From an uncultured bacterium (lineage in GTDB: Bacteria; JAJVIF01; JAPKYR01), in contig CBDURU010000002.1 of the NCBI GenBank assembly GCA_965369865.1, forward strand, positions 53,331-117,330: a DNA stretch of 64,000 nucleotides, given 5' to 3'. The notes under the pieces were generated by a model. It saw nothing but the letters and a program-made list of their open reading frames with translations, had not been told where the DNA came from and made no database searches. Every line of letters begins with the position of its first letter. The first letter of the stretch is position 1. The position numbers and the translations under genes were made by a program. Below are positions 51,165 through 60,670 of this stretch, piece after piece.

Positions 51165-51878
51165 ATGCAGGATTACTTTGACATACTGCGTGACGATATG
51201 CTGGCTAACCATCGCTCCGCACACAAGCGCATGATGAAAATCGAACAGGGAACGTTGAATCCTCTCCCACGAAACCTCCTTGCCGGCGAGGTCAACGAGT
51301 ATTACTCGACCATTCTCTGTTTCGACCTGATCAGGTTTTCCGACCTTACAAATACAGGAAAAGACAATCCCACCGCCGCGTTACTGCTGAATACCGTGGT
51401 ACCAACTGTTATGAAGATCATTACTGACTTCACCGGATCGCTGATAACCTCGTCCGGTGATGAGATAACAGCGTTGTTCGGGTATGAGAAGCGGGAGGCA
51501 TCATCCGGCGCGAAAGCTGGAATACAGGCTGCCCTGTACATGACAAATTTCATAGATCATATCGCCGACCGTTTTATCGGGCAAACTCTCAATCCAGGGT
51601 TGAGGTGCTCGATCGGGATCGACCAGGGGCAAATCCATATTGCCTCGGTTGGCCGGCAGGGTATGAGTGCCCTGGTACCGCTTGGACCGCCAATGCATAT
51701 AGCGAAAAACCTGCATCTCCTGGCCGGGGATAACGAGATCTGGGTAGGTGAGAATGTAATCAACAGCCTCGACAATGATTTTGTCGAAAGGTTTTTTACG
51801 GAGGCGTCCGTAGGGGCATGGCCCTGGGTTTCCGTCGGGACACAGGAGCAATACAAGGCCTACAGGTTTATTGAGTAG
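51165..51878 (+). CDS. Stand-alone class III nucleotidyl cyclase-like protein with altered catalytic motifs
   Basis: 'FDLIRFS', 'GDEITALF', 'SIGIDQG'; 'LGPPMHIAKNL' where G..VN.A.RL is usual. Confidence 0.8.
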   Translation: MQDYFDILRDDMLANHRSAHKRMMKIEQGTLNPLPRNLLAGEVNEYYSTILCFDLIRFSDLTNTGKDNPTAALLLNTVVPTVMKIITDFTGSLITSSGDEITALFGYEKREASSGAKAGIQAALYMTNFIDHIADRFIGQTLNPGLRCSIGIDQGQIHIASVGRQGMSALVPLGPPMHIAKNLHLLAGDNEIWVGENVINSLDNDFVERFFTEASVGAWPWVSVGTQEQYKAYRFIE

Positions 51879-51902
51879 TTTATTAGTTGGAATCGTGATG
51901 CT

Positions 51903-53369
51903 ATGAGTAATAAGTACATACCGACAATTGGGATCGAGGTCCACACTCAACTGGACACCGAGTCGAAAATGTTCTGTTCGTGTTCGACAAGATTCGGTGA
52001 CCGGCCGAACACGCATTTGTGCCCGGTTTGTATTGGATTGCCGGGAAGCCTGCCAGGAGTCAACCGGCGGGCGCTGATCCTTGGGCTCATGGCTGCCCGT
52101 GCTTTCAAATGCAACATCCCGCCTGTTGCACAATTCGCGAGAAAGCATTATCACTACCCAGACCTCCCGAAGGGCTACCAGATCACAATGCGGCATTTCC
52201 CAATTGGAACTGAAGGGAACCTTGAGCTTCTGGATGAGCACGATAAACTTCGTGGGGGAATCGCAATCGAACGGGTCCACCTGGAAGAGGACAGTGGAAA
52301 ACTGATTCATGACAGGAAATCGGGAAGCCTGATAGATTATAACCGTGCCGGGATCCCGCTACTTGAAATTGTAACGAGACCCGAAATTCATTCCGCTGAG
52401 AAGGCTGTTAGATACCTGAAAGAACTTCGCAGGCTGCTGAGGTTCCTTGGGATTTCAGATGCCAACATGGAGGAAGGGAGTTTCCGTTGCGAGATTAACG
52501 TGTCGGTTCATCCATCCGATACGGAGGAACTTGGCACCAGGGTGGAAATAAAAAATCTAAACAGCTTCAGGGCGGTTGAGAGAAGCATAGAACATGAAAT
52601 CGAACGCCAGACCGCTGATCTGAAAAAAGGAATTCCTGTACGCCGGGCAACATACGGATGGGATGAAAAAGCCGGGGTAACTGTCCTCCAGCGTTACAAG
52701 GAAACATCGTCTGATTACCGCTACATTCCCGAGCCTGATTTACCGGAGATGGCTATCGAAGGTGAGATTCTGGACGAATCGGCATTTGATCTTGAGGACA
52801 TTCCGGTCAGGAGGGTAAGGGTTTTGATCGAAAGGTTTGGTGTATCGGCGTACGGGGCCGATCTCTTAATGTCAGGCAACGGGGCTCCGCGGGACGATCC
52901 ATACTTCGTTGCGGATTTCTTCCAGGAGGCTATCGAGACTCACGGCGCTCACGGTACACAGGCGGCGAACCTGATGACCGGATCGGTGTTTGAATACCTG
53001 AATAAAACCGGTACCACTCTTGACCAGACAGATCTTACCCCTAAAAAACTCGCCCAGGTTGTAAAAATGGTTGGTAAGGATGAACTCTCAAGTACGTCCG
53101 CTAAAAAGGTTATCGACCTGATCCTCGGGGGTGGCGGCGGGGTCATGGATATTGTAAAGCGGGAAGGTCTGAGCCAGGTTACGGATGAGGATGAAATGAC
53201 GAAGCTGGTCAAACAGATCATTGAAGAGAACGAACAGATTGTTGAGCAAATTAAAAAAGGAAAAGTTAACGCTATCGGAGCGCTTGTCGGTGCCGCAATG
53301 AAAAAGAGCGATGGGCAGGTAAATCCGAAACTCGTAAACGAAAAACTACAGGAGCTGCTTTTGAAGTAA
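51903..53369 (+). CDS. gatB: Asp/Glu-tRNA amidotransferase subunit B
   Basis: 'IGIEVHTQL', 'YPDLPKGYQIT', 'HLEEDSGK', 'DYNRAGIPLLEIV', 'EIKNLNSFR', 'DYRYIPEPDL'. Confidence 0.98.
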   Translation: MSNKYIPTIGIEVHTQLDTESKMFCSCSTRFGDRPNTHLCPVCIGLPGSLPGVNRRALILGLMAARAFKCNIPPVAQFARKHYHYPDLPKGYQITMRHFPIGTEGNLELLDEHDKLRGGIAIERVHLEEDSGKLIHDRKSGSLIDYNRAGIPLLEIVTRPEIHSAEKAVRYLKELRRLLRFLGISDANMEEGSFRCEINVSVHPSDTEELGTRVEIKNLNSFRAVERSIEHEIERQTADLKKGIPVRRATYGWDEKAGVTVLQRYKETSSDYRYIPEPDLPEMAIEGEILDESAFDLEDIPVRRVRVLIERFGVSAYGADLLMSGNGAPRDDPYFVADFFQEAIETHGAHGTQAANLMTGSVFEYLNKTGTTLDQTDLTPKKLAQVVKMVGKDELSSTSAKKVIDLILGGGGGVMDIVKREGLSQVTDEDEMTKLVKQIIEENEQIVEQIKKGKVNAIGALVGAAMKKSDGQVNPKLVNEKLQELLLK

Positions 53370-53399
53370 ATACAATTTGGATGGGAGTCAGAGGACAAT

Positions 53400-54086
53400 A
53401 TGACTGAAAATGGAATTCAAAAACGTGTACCGCGGGTAACTGTAAAACGGTTAAGCCGCTACCTGCGCGTGCTTGAACGGTTCCACGAGGAGGGTTCCGA
53501 AACAATTTTGAGCGAGGAACTGGCAAACGAACTGCACCTGAAACCATCACAGCTCAGGAAAGACCTGGCGTATTTCGGGGAGTTCGGGACTCGCGGTATG
53601 GGCTATAACATTGAAAGGCTCGCCGAGGCATTAAGGCGAATCCTTGGGCTTCACCGTCAATGGGCAATCGCAATCATTGGCGTCGGGAACCTGGGGACGG
53701 CCCTGTTAAGATATAAAGGCCTGAATGAGAAGGGTTTCAGGGTTGCGGCCTTAATTGATGACGATCCTGAGAAGGTCGGAAGTTCAAGGTCCGGAGTTCA
53801 TATCTACCATATTGACGACCTTCCGGAAGTTGTAAAAGAAAAGAACATACAGATCGCAATTCTGACCGTGCCGGCGCCCTCAGCACGGGCAACCGCTGAA
53901 TTGGTCGTAAAGGCCGGGATTAAAGCGATCTTGAATTTCGCACCGGTCAGTATCAAGCCTCCACCGGAGGTCATATGTATGCCGGTGGATATCTCGAGCG
54001 AATTAAAAATCCTTTCTCATTATCTCACGGGGCTTGAGGAACCCGTTGACAGGCCGAGAGGACATGAGAAAAGTCCAGTGAAATAA
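53400..54086 (+). CDS. rex: Redox-sensing transcriptional repressor Rex
   Basis: 'RLSRYLR', 'QLRKDLAYFGEFGTRGMGY', 'GVGNLG.AL', 'ILNFAP'. Confidence 0.97.
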   Translation: MTENGIQKRVPRVTVKRLSRYLRVLERFHEEGSETILSEELANELHLKPSQLRKDLAYFGEFGTRGMGYNIERLAEALRRILGLHRQWAIAIIGVGNLGTALLRYKGLNEKGFRVAALIDDDPEKVGSSRSGVHIYHIDDLPEVVKEKNIQIAILTVPAPSARATAELVVKAGIKAILNFAPVSIKPPPEVICMPVDISSELKILSHYLTGLEEPVDRPRGHEKSPVK

Positions 54087-54368
54087 TTGCGCGGAGACAA
54101 GTTGCCATTTCAGGTGAAACATAAGCTGATTTGAGATATCATTTAAGGAAGGTTACAATTAACGACACGATTTATTTCAATAAGCATTAGGGGGGGATTG
54201 AACCGGATTATCAGGTATTGATCAGGCAATTCTCTGGGATTAAAACACATTCATACAGGCGTATGACAAGTAAACGCTTATTCCAAATAAGATTTTACCA
54301 AATTGAAACATGCCCATATCTACTAATTATGTTATAATCCGGTTCCGCTTTTATTTAAAGGTTATTCA

Positions 54369-55424
54369 ATGGATGCATCGGTAAAACCGGACTTATTAAA
54401 GTCCACCGAGATAGTAACCGAACCCCCTCAGCAGAAGGTGAAACAGGCTGAATTCTACTTCCAGCCGGATCACTGGGTCAGGGAACTTACAGAGCCTGTG
54501 GAGGACCTTCTCACCCAGGTCGCACATTCAGATAATCCCATGATGGACACAATCGGGCATCATATGCTTTTCGGTTACGCCAAGCGTCTGCGTCCAATTT
54601 TCATCCTTCTTGCACAGAACCTCTTGAAAGAAGAAATCCTTCCAGCCACGGTCAATTGTGCGGCCGCCGCCGAACTGATCCATTCCGCGAGCCTTTTTCA
54701 CGATGATGTAATCGACAATTCCGGTACACGTAAGGGAAAGCCATCCGCGAATTCTTTATGGGGAAACAGGAGTGCGGTGATAATGGGGGACCATTTCTTC
54801 GTGCTCGCTTACACACTTATCGCCAAACAGGAAGATTTCAAGATCATTAACCTTAATATCGACCTTTGCAGACACCTTGCCGAAGGCTTAATGAAAGAGA
54901 TCAAGTATACGGGTAACCTTAATGTTACCGAGGGTACGCACCTGGATATCATCAGGCTGAAAACCGCTTGTTTCTTCCAGCGCGCGATGGCTATCGGTGG
55001 CTACCTTGGCGGCTCCAGCAAGCAAGAAGCGAGTAACCTGGAAGGATTTGGACTTAATTTCGGACTTGCGTTCCAGTTATCCGATGACCTGTTAGACCTG
55101 TTCGCCGACCAAAAAGATACCGGCAAACCGCGCGGATCCGATATTAAGGGTGGAATCTATACTGTCCCCGTGATTCATGCCCTTGCCGTAAATGAGGAAT
55201 TCAACCGGGATTTCCGGCCGATTCTCGAACGTGGGGATATCACACCGGATGAAATCGAGGAGATTGCCGCATCGCTTAAATCAAACGGGGCTATGTCATA
55301 CGCCCAGTCACTTGTTAACAATCATGCTGACAAGGCTTTTGAGAACCTCGATAAACTGCCTTCCGGTCGTGCCAGCGACAGTTTCAGGAGTATGCTGAAT
55401 AATATCGTTTCGAGGGAATTTTAA
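54369..55424 (+). CDS. Long-chain polyprenyl diphosphate synthase (IspB/HepT family)
   Basis: 'KRLRP', first aspartate-rich motif 'HDDVID', 'KTA', second motif 'FQLSDDLLD', 'GKPRGSD'. Confidence 0.93.
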   Translation: MDASVKPDLLKSTEIVTEPPQQKVKQAEFYFQPDHWVRELTEPVEDLLTQVAHSDNPMMDTIGHHMLFGYAKRLRPIFILLAQNLLKEEILPATVNCAAAAELIHSASLFHDDVIDNSGTRKGKPSANSLWGNRSAVIMGDHFFVLAYTLIAKQEDFKIINLNIDLCRHLAEGLMKEIKYTGNLNVTEGTHLDIIRLKTACFFQRAMAIGGYLGGSSKQEASNLEGFGLNFGLAFQLSDDLLDLFADQKDTGKPRGSDIKGGIYTVPVIHALAVNEEFNRDFRPILERGDITPDEIEEIAASLKSNGAMSYAQSLVNNHADKAFENLDKLPSGRASDSFRSMLNNIVSREF

Positions 55425-55497
55425 CCCGGCAAAAAATCCAATCCGTAAAAAAAAAATTTTATAGATTGTCAAATGTAGTGGTAAAATAATTGGAGAC

Positions 55498-55889
55498 GTG
55501 GACAAGCCGACTAATACATTACTGATTTTTACCATTTTGACAATGACAGTAGTTATTTCTGTATATAGCGGTTGTACAAGAGCTTCAACTCCAGGAGTTT
55601 GTGCCACTCTAGCTGAATTAGCCAGGGAAAGTGAAAATGATGATTGTTGGGAGGAATTAGGTGAATGGTGTAACTGTGATTATAATTTGAGACTGATACA
55701 TGTATTTGCCTTGGTTTAACGACTACTTGTGCTGAATTTAGTGCCTTAATGAATGCTTGCCCCGGGTCTTGTGGATCAATGATCTATCGTCGGGCAACGG
55801 ACCAAGGAGGAGCAGGACGGGGAACCCAGAGTACAGTTATGTGGGCATGCTGGGATGCATGGGCAGGAGCGCTTCCCGATTACGAGTAA
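55498..55889 (+). pseudogene. Cys-rich small lipoprotein split by a single frameshift near 55687
   Basis: GTG after GGAG; signal peptide ending YSGC. Adding one base at AATTTG gives a 130-aa ORF with 11 Cys ending ...GALPDYE at TAA 55887-55889. Could be a sequencing error. Confidence 0.6.
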
Positions 55890-55920
55890 CTTGACGAATT
55901 AATATGGTAAGGAAACTATA

Positions 55921-57102
55921 ATGTCAAAAAAAATACCGTTAATAATCCAATTAATAACGATCTTATTTCTGTTATTTATTGTTTATATAATGTTCGCCGG
56001 GTGCGGTAAACAGGGGTCTAAATTTTTCAGAACAGCCCAAGATGACTTCAATCCGCCAGTGTTTAGTAACTTAATATTTCCGGATGATGAGGATATTCTA
56101 TCTGAAGGTAAATTGAAAATTACCGGTACATTAGTTGATGACACAGGTTTCGATCCTGAGGAACCGGTGAGCTTAGAAGTCGACGTGCACTTGGCTGACT
56201 CACAAATCAAGACATTCAAAATGGTGCTTAAGGATGGTTCACCTCAGGATTACTCATATTTCGATTTTAATACCGGTGATTTCAGATTTAACTTCGATGA
56301 CGTGCAAAGGTTTAAACCGGGCAGGTTCGATCTGAGATTAACTGGAATGGACAGCTCTGGTAATGTTGTCGTAGAGACTGCCGGAGTTACGTCTACAGAA
56401 AACCAGAATGTTGACCCCACTGATTTATATGAAGCCCGTGCAAATTACGGCGAACAAATGTTGAATTTTTTCGATAACATTGAAATGTCACTCAATGAGT
56501 ATGGAGATTATTATTCATACGATATACGACTTCTTGAGATTATTAAGCAATTCCTCCTTAATACGTATATTTCGAGTCCTGAAAGAATATCATCATGGAC
56601 CGTCCCGATGAATGAATTCGTGCAGGATGTTGAAACGTTGCCTCTTCCTGATCCCCTCCATCCTGATTATTTTGATTACCTGGAGATACAACCATTTGTG
56701 GTCCTTGCAGCCCAGGAACTTCAGAGCTGGTTGGAAATAACCCAAGATAAAGCGGCTTATCCATGGTATCCCCGTAATTCTCATTCACATCAAATTCCAG
56801 AACTTAGGGCAAAACCTATTTCACAATACGGAAATTTGATTTCCGCATCCTATGATCCCTTAAATCATACTTGTGATATTCTAATCTCATGTGTTCCACC
56901 ACCCTTCCCTGAAGAACTTTGGAATGTGGCTGATTTTACAATTAATAGTGATCCTGGCTCTCAATTATCAATTACAGGATACATAGGGTATGAAGGTAAC
57001 AGGATTGTGATCTCACCGGAGCATTACGACCCACCGATCAGGTTGTTTAATTTGTTCTACGAGACAGCCGTAGATTACCAAATGGTTGTAAAAATATTCT
57101 AA
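55921..57102 (+). CDS. Hypothetical lipoprotein with an Ig-like N-terminal segment
   Basis: Lipobox FAGC; 'KITGTLVDDTG...LTGMDSSGN' Ig-like pattern. Confidence 0.7.
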   Translation: MSKKIPLIIQLITILFLLFIVYIMFAGCGKQGSKFFRTAQDDFNPPVFSNLIFPDDEDILSEGKLKITGTLVDDTGFDPEEPVSLEVDVHLADSQIKTFKMVLKDGSPQDYSYFDFNTGDFRFNFDDVQRFKPGRFDLRLTGMDSSGNVVVETAGVTSTENQNVDPTDLYEARANYGEQMLNFFDNIEMSLNEYGDYYSYDIRLLEIIKQFLLNTYISSPERISSWTVPMNEFVQDVETLPLPDPLHPDYFDYLEIQPFVVLAAQELQSWLEITQDKAAYPWYPRNSHSHQIPELRAKPISQYGNLISASYDPLNHTCDILISCVPPPFPEELWNVADFTINSDPGSQLSITGYIGYEGNRIVISPEHYDPPIRLFNLFYETAVDYQMVVKIF

Positions 57103-57112
57103 ACCCTTGCAC

Positions 57113-57991
57113 TTATTTAATATTTTTTACAAGTTCATCCGCAAAATAACTCGACCGTACAAACGGACCCGATGCGACTCCGCTGAAACCCATTTCACGC
57201 GCGGTTTTACCCAACTTTTCAAATTCTTCCGGTGTCCAGTACCTTACAACCGGAAGTTCCTGCCCCGACCTGGGCTGGAGATACTGCCCGATAGTAACAA
57301 GTTGGCATCCGGCATCTAAGAGATCCTGCAATGTGGTTGTAACCTCATCCCATTCCTCGCCAAGCCCCAGCATTATCCCGCTTTTGGTTGGGATACCAGG
57401 GCATAAACGCTTTGACATTTCCAGGACCTTGAGCGATCGATCGTACGATGCCCTGCTCCGGACTACCGGTGTAAGCCTTCGTACAGTTTCAATATTGTGG
57501 TTGAGAATGGCTGGTCCGGAATCGAGTACGATTTGTAAAGGTTCCTCCTTACCTCCAAAATCCGGAATAAGTATTTCAATCCCCGTACCCGGGTTAAGCT
57601 CACGGATAGCTTTTACTGTTGCCGAGAAATGCCCTGCGGCCCCATCGTCGAGATCATCCCGGGTCACAGCGGTGATCACGACATATTTCAATCCGAGATC
57701 ATGAACACTACCGGCGATTCTGATTGGTTCATCGGGATCGAGCGGTTCGGGGACGCCATGTTTTACCCCGCAGAACCCGCATGCTCTCGTGCATATTGTG
57801 CCGGCTATCATAAATGCCGCGATTCCACGCCCGAAGCACTCGCCGATATTCGGGCATTTAGCGCTAAGGCAGACAGTGTTACTGCCATGCAGCTTACCCG
57901 CCATGGCACGCTGCACATCGATATTCAAACCCCTGACCCTGATCCAGTCCGGACGTTCAGGAGGGCTAGTTTTGCCTGTCGTGTGTTCCAA
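57113..57991 (-). CDS. lipA: Lipoyl synthase
   Basis: CX4CX5C 'CLSAKCPNIGEC', radical SAM 'CTRACGFC', 'NHNIETV', 'GQYLQP', 'RSSY'. Confidence 0.97.
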   Translation of the reverse strand: MEHTTGKTSPPERPDWIRVRGLNIDVQRAMAGKLHGSNTVCLSAKCPNIGECFGRGIAAFMIAGTICTRACGFCGVKHGVPEPLDPDEPIRIAGSVHDLGLKYVVITAVTRDDLDDGAAGHFSATVKAIRELNPGTGIEILIPDFGGKEEPLQIVLDSGPAILNHNIETVRRLTPVVRSRASYDRSLKVLEMSKRLCPGIPTKSGIMLGLGEEWDEVTTTLQDLLDAGCQLVTIGQYLQPRSGQELPVVRYWTPEEFEKLGKTAREMGFSGVASGPFVRSSYFADELVKNIK

Positions 57992-58130
57992 TGTTTAACG
58001 AATATAAAACAGGGGAATTAAATAATCAATGCTGAACGGGAAAATCATAAACGAATCGGGGCAGCTTATTCCGTACGGAATTTTAAAGGAAATTCAGGTC
58101 GTTACCGCTTAAGGATTACCCAACAGTCGA

Positions 58131-58364
58131 TCAACCCTTGCCGAGAATGGCGAAAAACGCATTTTTAATCGCCGCAAATGCGGAAGTGCTGTCGCTTCCC
58201 GATTTGGCATGAAACCTTTCACATTGTGCCGGGCAATTTATGCCAGCCTTATGTGTACTGTCCGGCCATGCACGGTCCACAGCGCATTTCAATGAACCAA
58301 GATGGTTTTCGAGGATGTGGTCGTTAGTGACTTCTTTAAGATGAACGCAATCAAAACGCAACAT
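58131..58364 (-). CDS. Small four-Cys hypothetical protein
   Basis: Strong RBS TAAGGAG before ATG; 77 aa; co-oriented between rodA and lipA. Confidence 0.55.
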   Translation of the reverse strand: MLRFDCVHLKEVTNDHILENHLGSLKCAVDRAWPDSTHKAGINCPAQCERFHAKSGSDSTSAFAAIKNAFFAILGKG

Positions 58365-58472
58365 AATTGAAGCTCCTTATCCACTCTCTTCGATACCAAT
58401 TACTATCGTTCTGCTAAGGTATTCTGGAAGTTCCCGCAGTTATTGATTTGTGAAATTATGGTGGAGCTGGGA

Positions 58473-59594
58473 TTAAAGGCGGCGGATAAGCATGATCTGG
58501 CCTTTCGTTGCCGCTCGACGATAGATACTCACGAGCACTCCTACCGCAACGCAGTTGGTCAGGAACGCGCTTCCGCCGTAAGAAATAAACGGCAGCGGGA
58601 TGCCTGTCACCGGCAACAGGCCCAGTGTAATTCCCACATTCACTATCACCTGGAACGTGATCATCCCAAGAAGCCCGCCTGCAACAAGCTTTGCAAGGAA
58701 ATCATCGGTCACTTCGCTGATCGCAAGTCCGGCCAGTATCAGGAGGAAAAGCCCCAGCAGAATCAGGCCGGCCCCGACAAAGCCTGTTTCCTCGGCGGCG
58801 ATCGCGAAAATGAAATCCGTATGTTCGCCCGGAATAAATCCGAGAGTGTTCTGACTTCCGCGGAAAAACCCCTGCCCCAATAACCCGCCGTGCCCGATAG
58901 CTATCTTGCTCTGGATGATCTGGTATCCCGCACCGAGCGGATCCGCCTCGGGGTTTAGAAACGCGGTCAGCCTGTCGCGCTGGTACTCCTTCAGGAATGG
59001 CAGGGCTATCGGGATAGCGATAATTCCCACGGCAAGGTATCCAAGAAGGATTTTGTAATTAATACCGCCTATAAAAAGCATTCCAAACCAGATCGCGAAA
59101 AATACCAGAGCGGTACCGAGGTCGGGCTGTATCAGCACCAGCCCAACGAGAGGAATAACGATAAAGATTCCGGCGAGGCTGGCCCATATCCATCCTATTC
59201 CATGTTTAATTCGTGCGGTTGCGTCTGCCATCGAAAACACAAGCGCAAGTTTCGCGAATTCGCTTGGCTGCAGCCGCACACCCCCAAGTTCGATCCATCG
59301 CTGGGATCCACCGACCACTTTCCCAAGTATGAGCGTGACGACAAGCAGGAGAAGTATCCCGCCATATAACCACCATGAATAGCGGCAGAGGAACCGGTAA
59401 TCGATTTTTGCGACCATCCAGATGACCAGCATTCCCAGGACAAGATAAATCGACTGCCTGACCGCATGGCTTGAGAATGTCCACGGTGCATCCGCGGTCG
59501 CTACAGCAATTAGCCCAACCCCGATAAGACCCACAATTACGGTAAGTCCTACAAGTATTCGGTCCCATCTTATGTAAATCTTCTGTAAAATAAT
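58473..59594 (-). CDS. rodA: Rod shape-determining SEDS protein RodA; start uncertain
   Basis: 'GSQRWI', 'QPSEFAK', 'QPDLGTA', 'YQRDRL', 'GYQIIQSKIAIG', 'HTDFIF', 'PLPFISYGGS'. Confidence 0.93.
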   Translation of the reverse strand: MILQKIYIRWDRILVGLTVIVGLIGVGLIAVATADAPWTFSSHAVRQSIYLVLGMLVIWMVAKIDYRFLCRYSWWLYGGILLLLVVTLILGKVVGGSQRWIELGGVRLQPSEFAKLALVFSMADATARIKHGIGWIWASLAGIFIVIPLVGLVLIQPDLGTALVFFAIWFGMLFIGGINYKILLGYLAVGIIAIPIALPFLKEYQRDRLTAFLNPEADPLGAGYQIIQSKIAIGHGGLLGQGFFRGSQNTLGFIPGEHTDFIFAIAAEETGFVGAGLILLGLFLLILAGLAISEVTDDFLAKLVAGGLLGMITFQVIVNVGITLGLLPVTGIPLPFISYGGSAFLTNCVAVGVLVSIYRRAATKGQIMLIRRL

Positions 59595-59643
59595 GCACCA
59601 GCCTTGATCGGAATTATACCGGACAATCGCATCGTGCCGCCAT

Positions 59644-60669
59644 TCAGCAAATTCTCGGAAGCATCTCACCGGCAAGCATATCAACGATCCTTCGTCCGCC
59701 CGTTGCCGCTTTCAGAACCACTTTTCCACCGAGATCGTCGCGGACCTCCCCGATCTTCCTTGCCTCCATGCATCTCGGATGGCTATGACAAATCCTAAGG
59801 GCTTTATCGACTGCATCTCCATCGAGGATTATTACCAATGCACCCTCATTTGCCAGGTAAAGGGGGTCGAATCCGAGTATTTCACTCACCGCCATGGTTT
59901 CCGGACCGATCGGAATCTCAGTTTCGACAATTTCAATTCCAACCTTACTTGCACGCGAGATTTCATTCAATGCGGTAGCCACTCCGCCACGGGTGGGATC
60001 GCGCATGACGGTAATTGATTTTCCGAGTTTATCAAGAAGCTGTTCAACCAGGTCATTGAGAGAGCAGCAATCGCTGTAAACTTTGCCCATGATATTCAAT
60101 TCATTCCTTGCGACAATAATTGCCGCACCGTGAATTCCGGCGGGTCCGGTCAGGATTACCGATTGTCCGGGCCTGGCAAATGCTCCGGACAGTTTTATTC
60201 CTTTTCTGCGAATCCCGATCCCGGTTGTATTGATAAAAATTTTATCCACAGCACCTTTTGGCACCACCTTAGTATCACCTGTCGCGATCCGGACCCCCGC
60301 GTGCTTGCATTCGTCAGCCATGCTTCCGACAATTTTTTCAAGGTCTGAAAACAGAAACCCGTCCTCGATAATGAATCCCACAGAAATAAATAACGGCTTT
60401 GCACCCATAACGGCGACATCGTTTACGGTGCCGGCTATGGCAAGTTTCCCGATATCACCGCCGGGAAAAAAAATCGGCTGGACCACAAAGCTGTCGGTGG
60501 AAAAGGAAATTTCACCTGTGGGAAGGTCAATATTCGCGGCGTCATCGAGAGGATCAAGCTCGGGGGATGAAAATGCGGATGCGAAAATATCACGTATTAA
60601 ATGGTGGCTGGCCAGACCCCCATGCCCGTGCGCGAGTGTAATTCTTTCACTGTTGTTTTTATCAGTCAT
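59644..60669 (-). CDS. hypE: Hydrogenase maturation carbamoyl dehydratase HypE
   Basis: 'AHGHGG', 'TDSFVV.P.FFPGGDIG', 'GDTKVV', 'RDPTRGG', C-terminal 'LPRIC'. Confidence 0.97.
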   Translation of the reverse strand: MTDKNNSERITLAHGHGGLASHHLIRDIFASAFSSPELDPLDDAANIDLPTGEISFSTDSFVVQPIFFPGGDIGKLAIAGTVNDVAVMGAKPLFISVGFIIEDGFLFSDLEKIVGSMADECKHAGVRIATGDTKVVPKGAVDKIFINTTGIGIRRKGIKLSGAFARPGQSVILTGPAGIHGAAIIVARNELNIMGKVYSDCCSLNDLVEQLLDKLGKSITVMRDPTRGGVATALNEISRASKVGIEIVETEIPIGPETMAVSEILGFDPLYLANEGALVIILDGDAVDKALRICHSHPRCMEARKIGEVRDDLGGKVVLKAATGGRRIVDMLAGEMLPRIC

Positions 60670-60670
60670 T

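Noticed and set aside
51165..51878. Complete Pycsar defence system
   Set aside because: No PycTM or PycTIR effector is adjacent; both neighbours are gat genes.
55681..55695. Programmed -1 ribosomal frameshift in the Cys-rich gene
   Set aside because: No X XXY YYZ slippery heptamer or obvious stimulatory hairpin; a one-base deletion is simpler.
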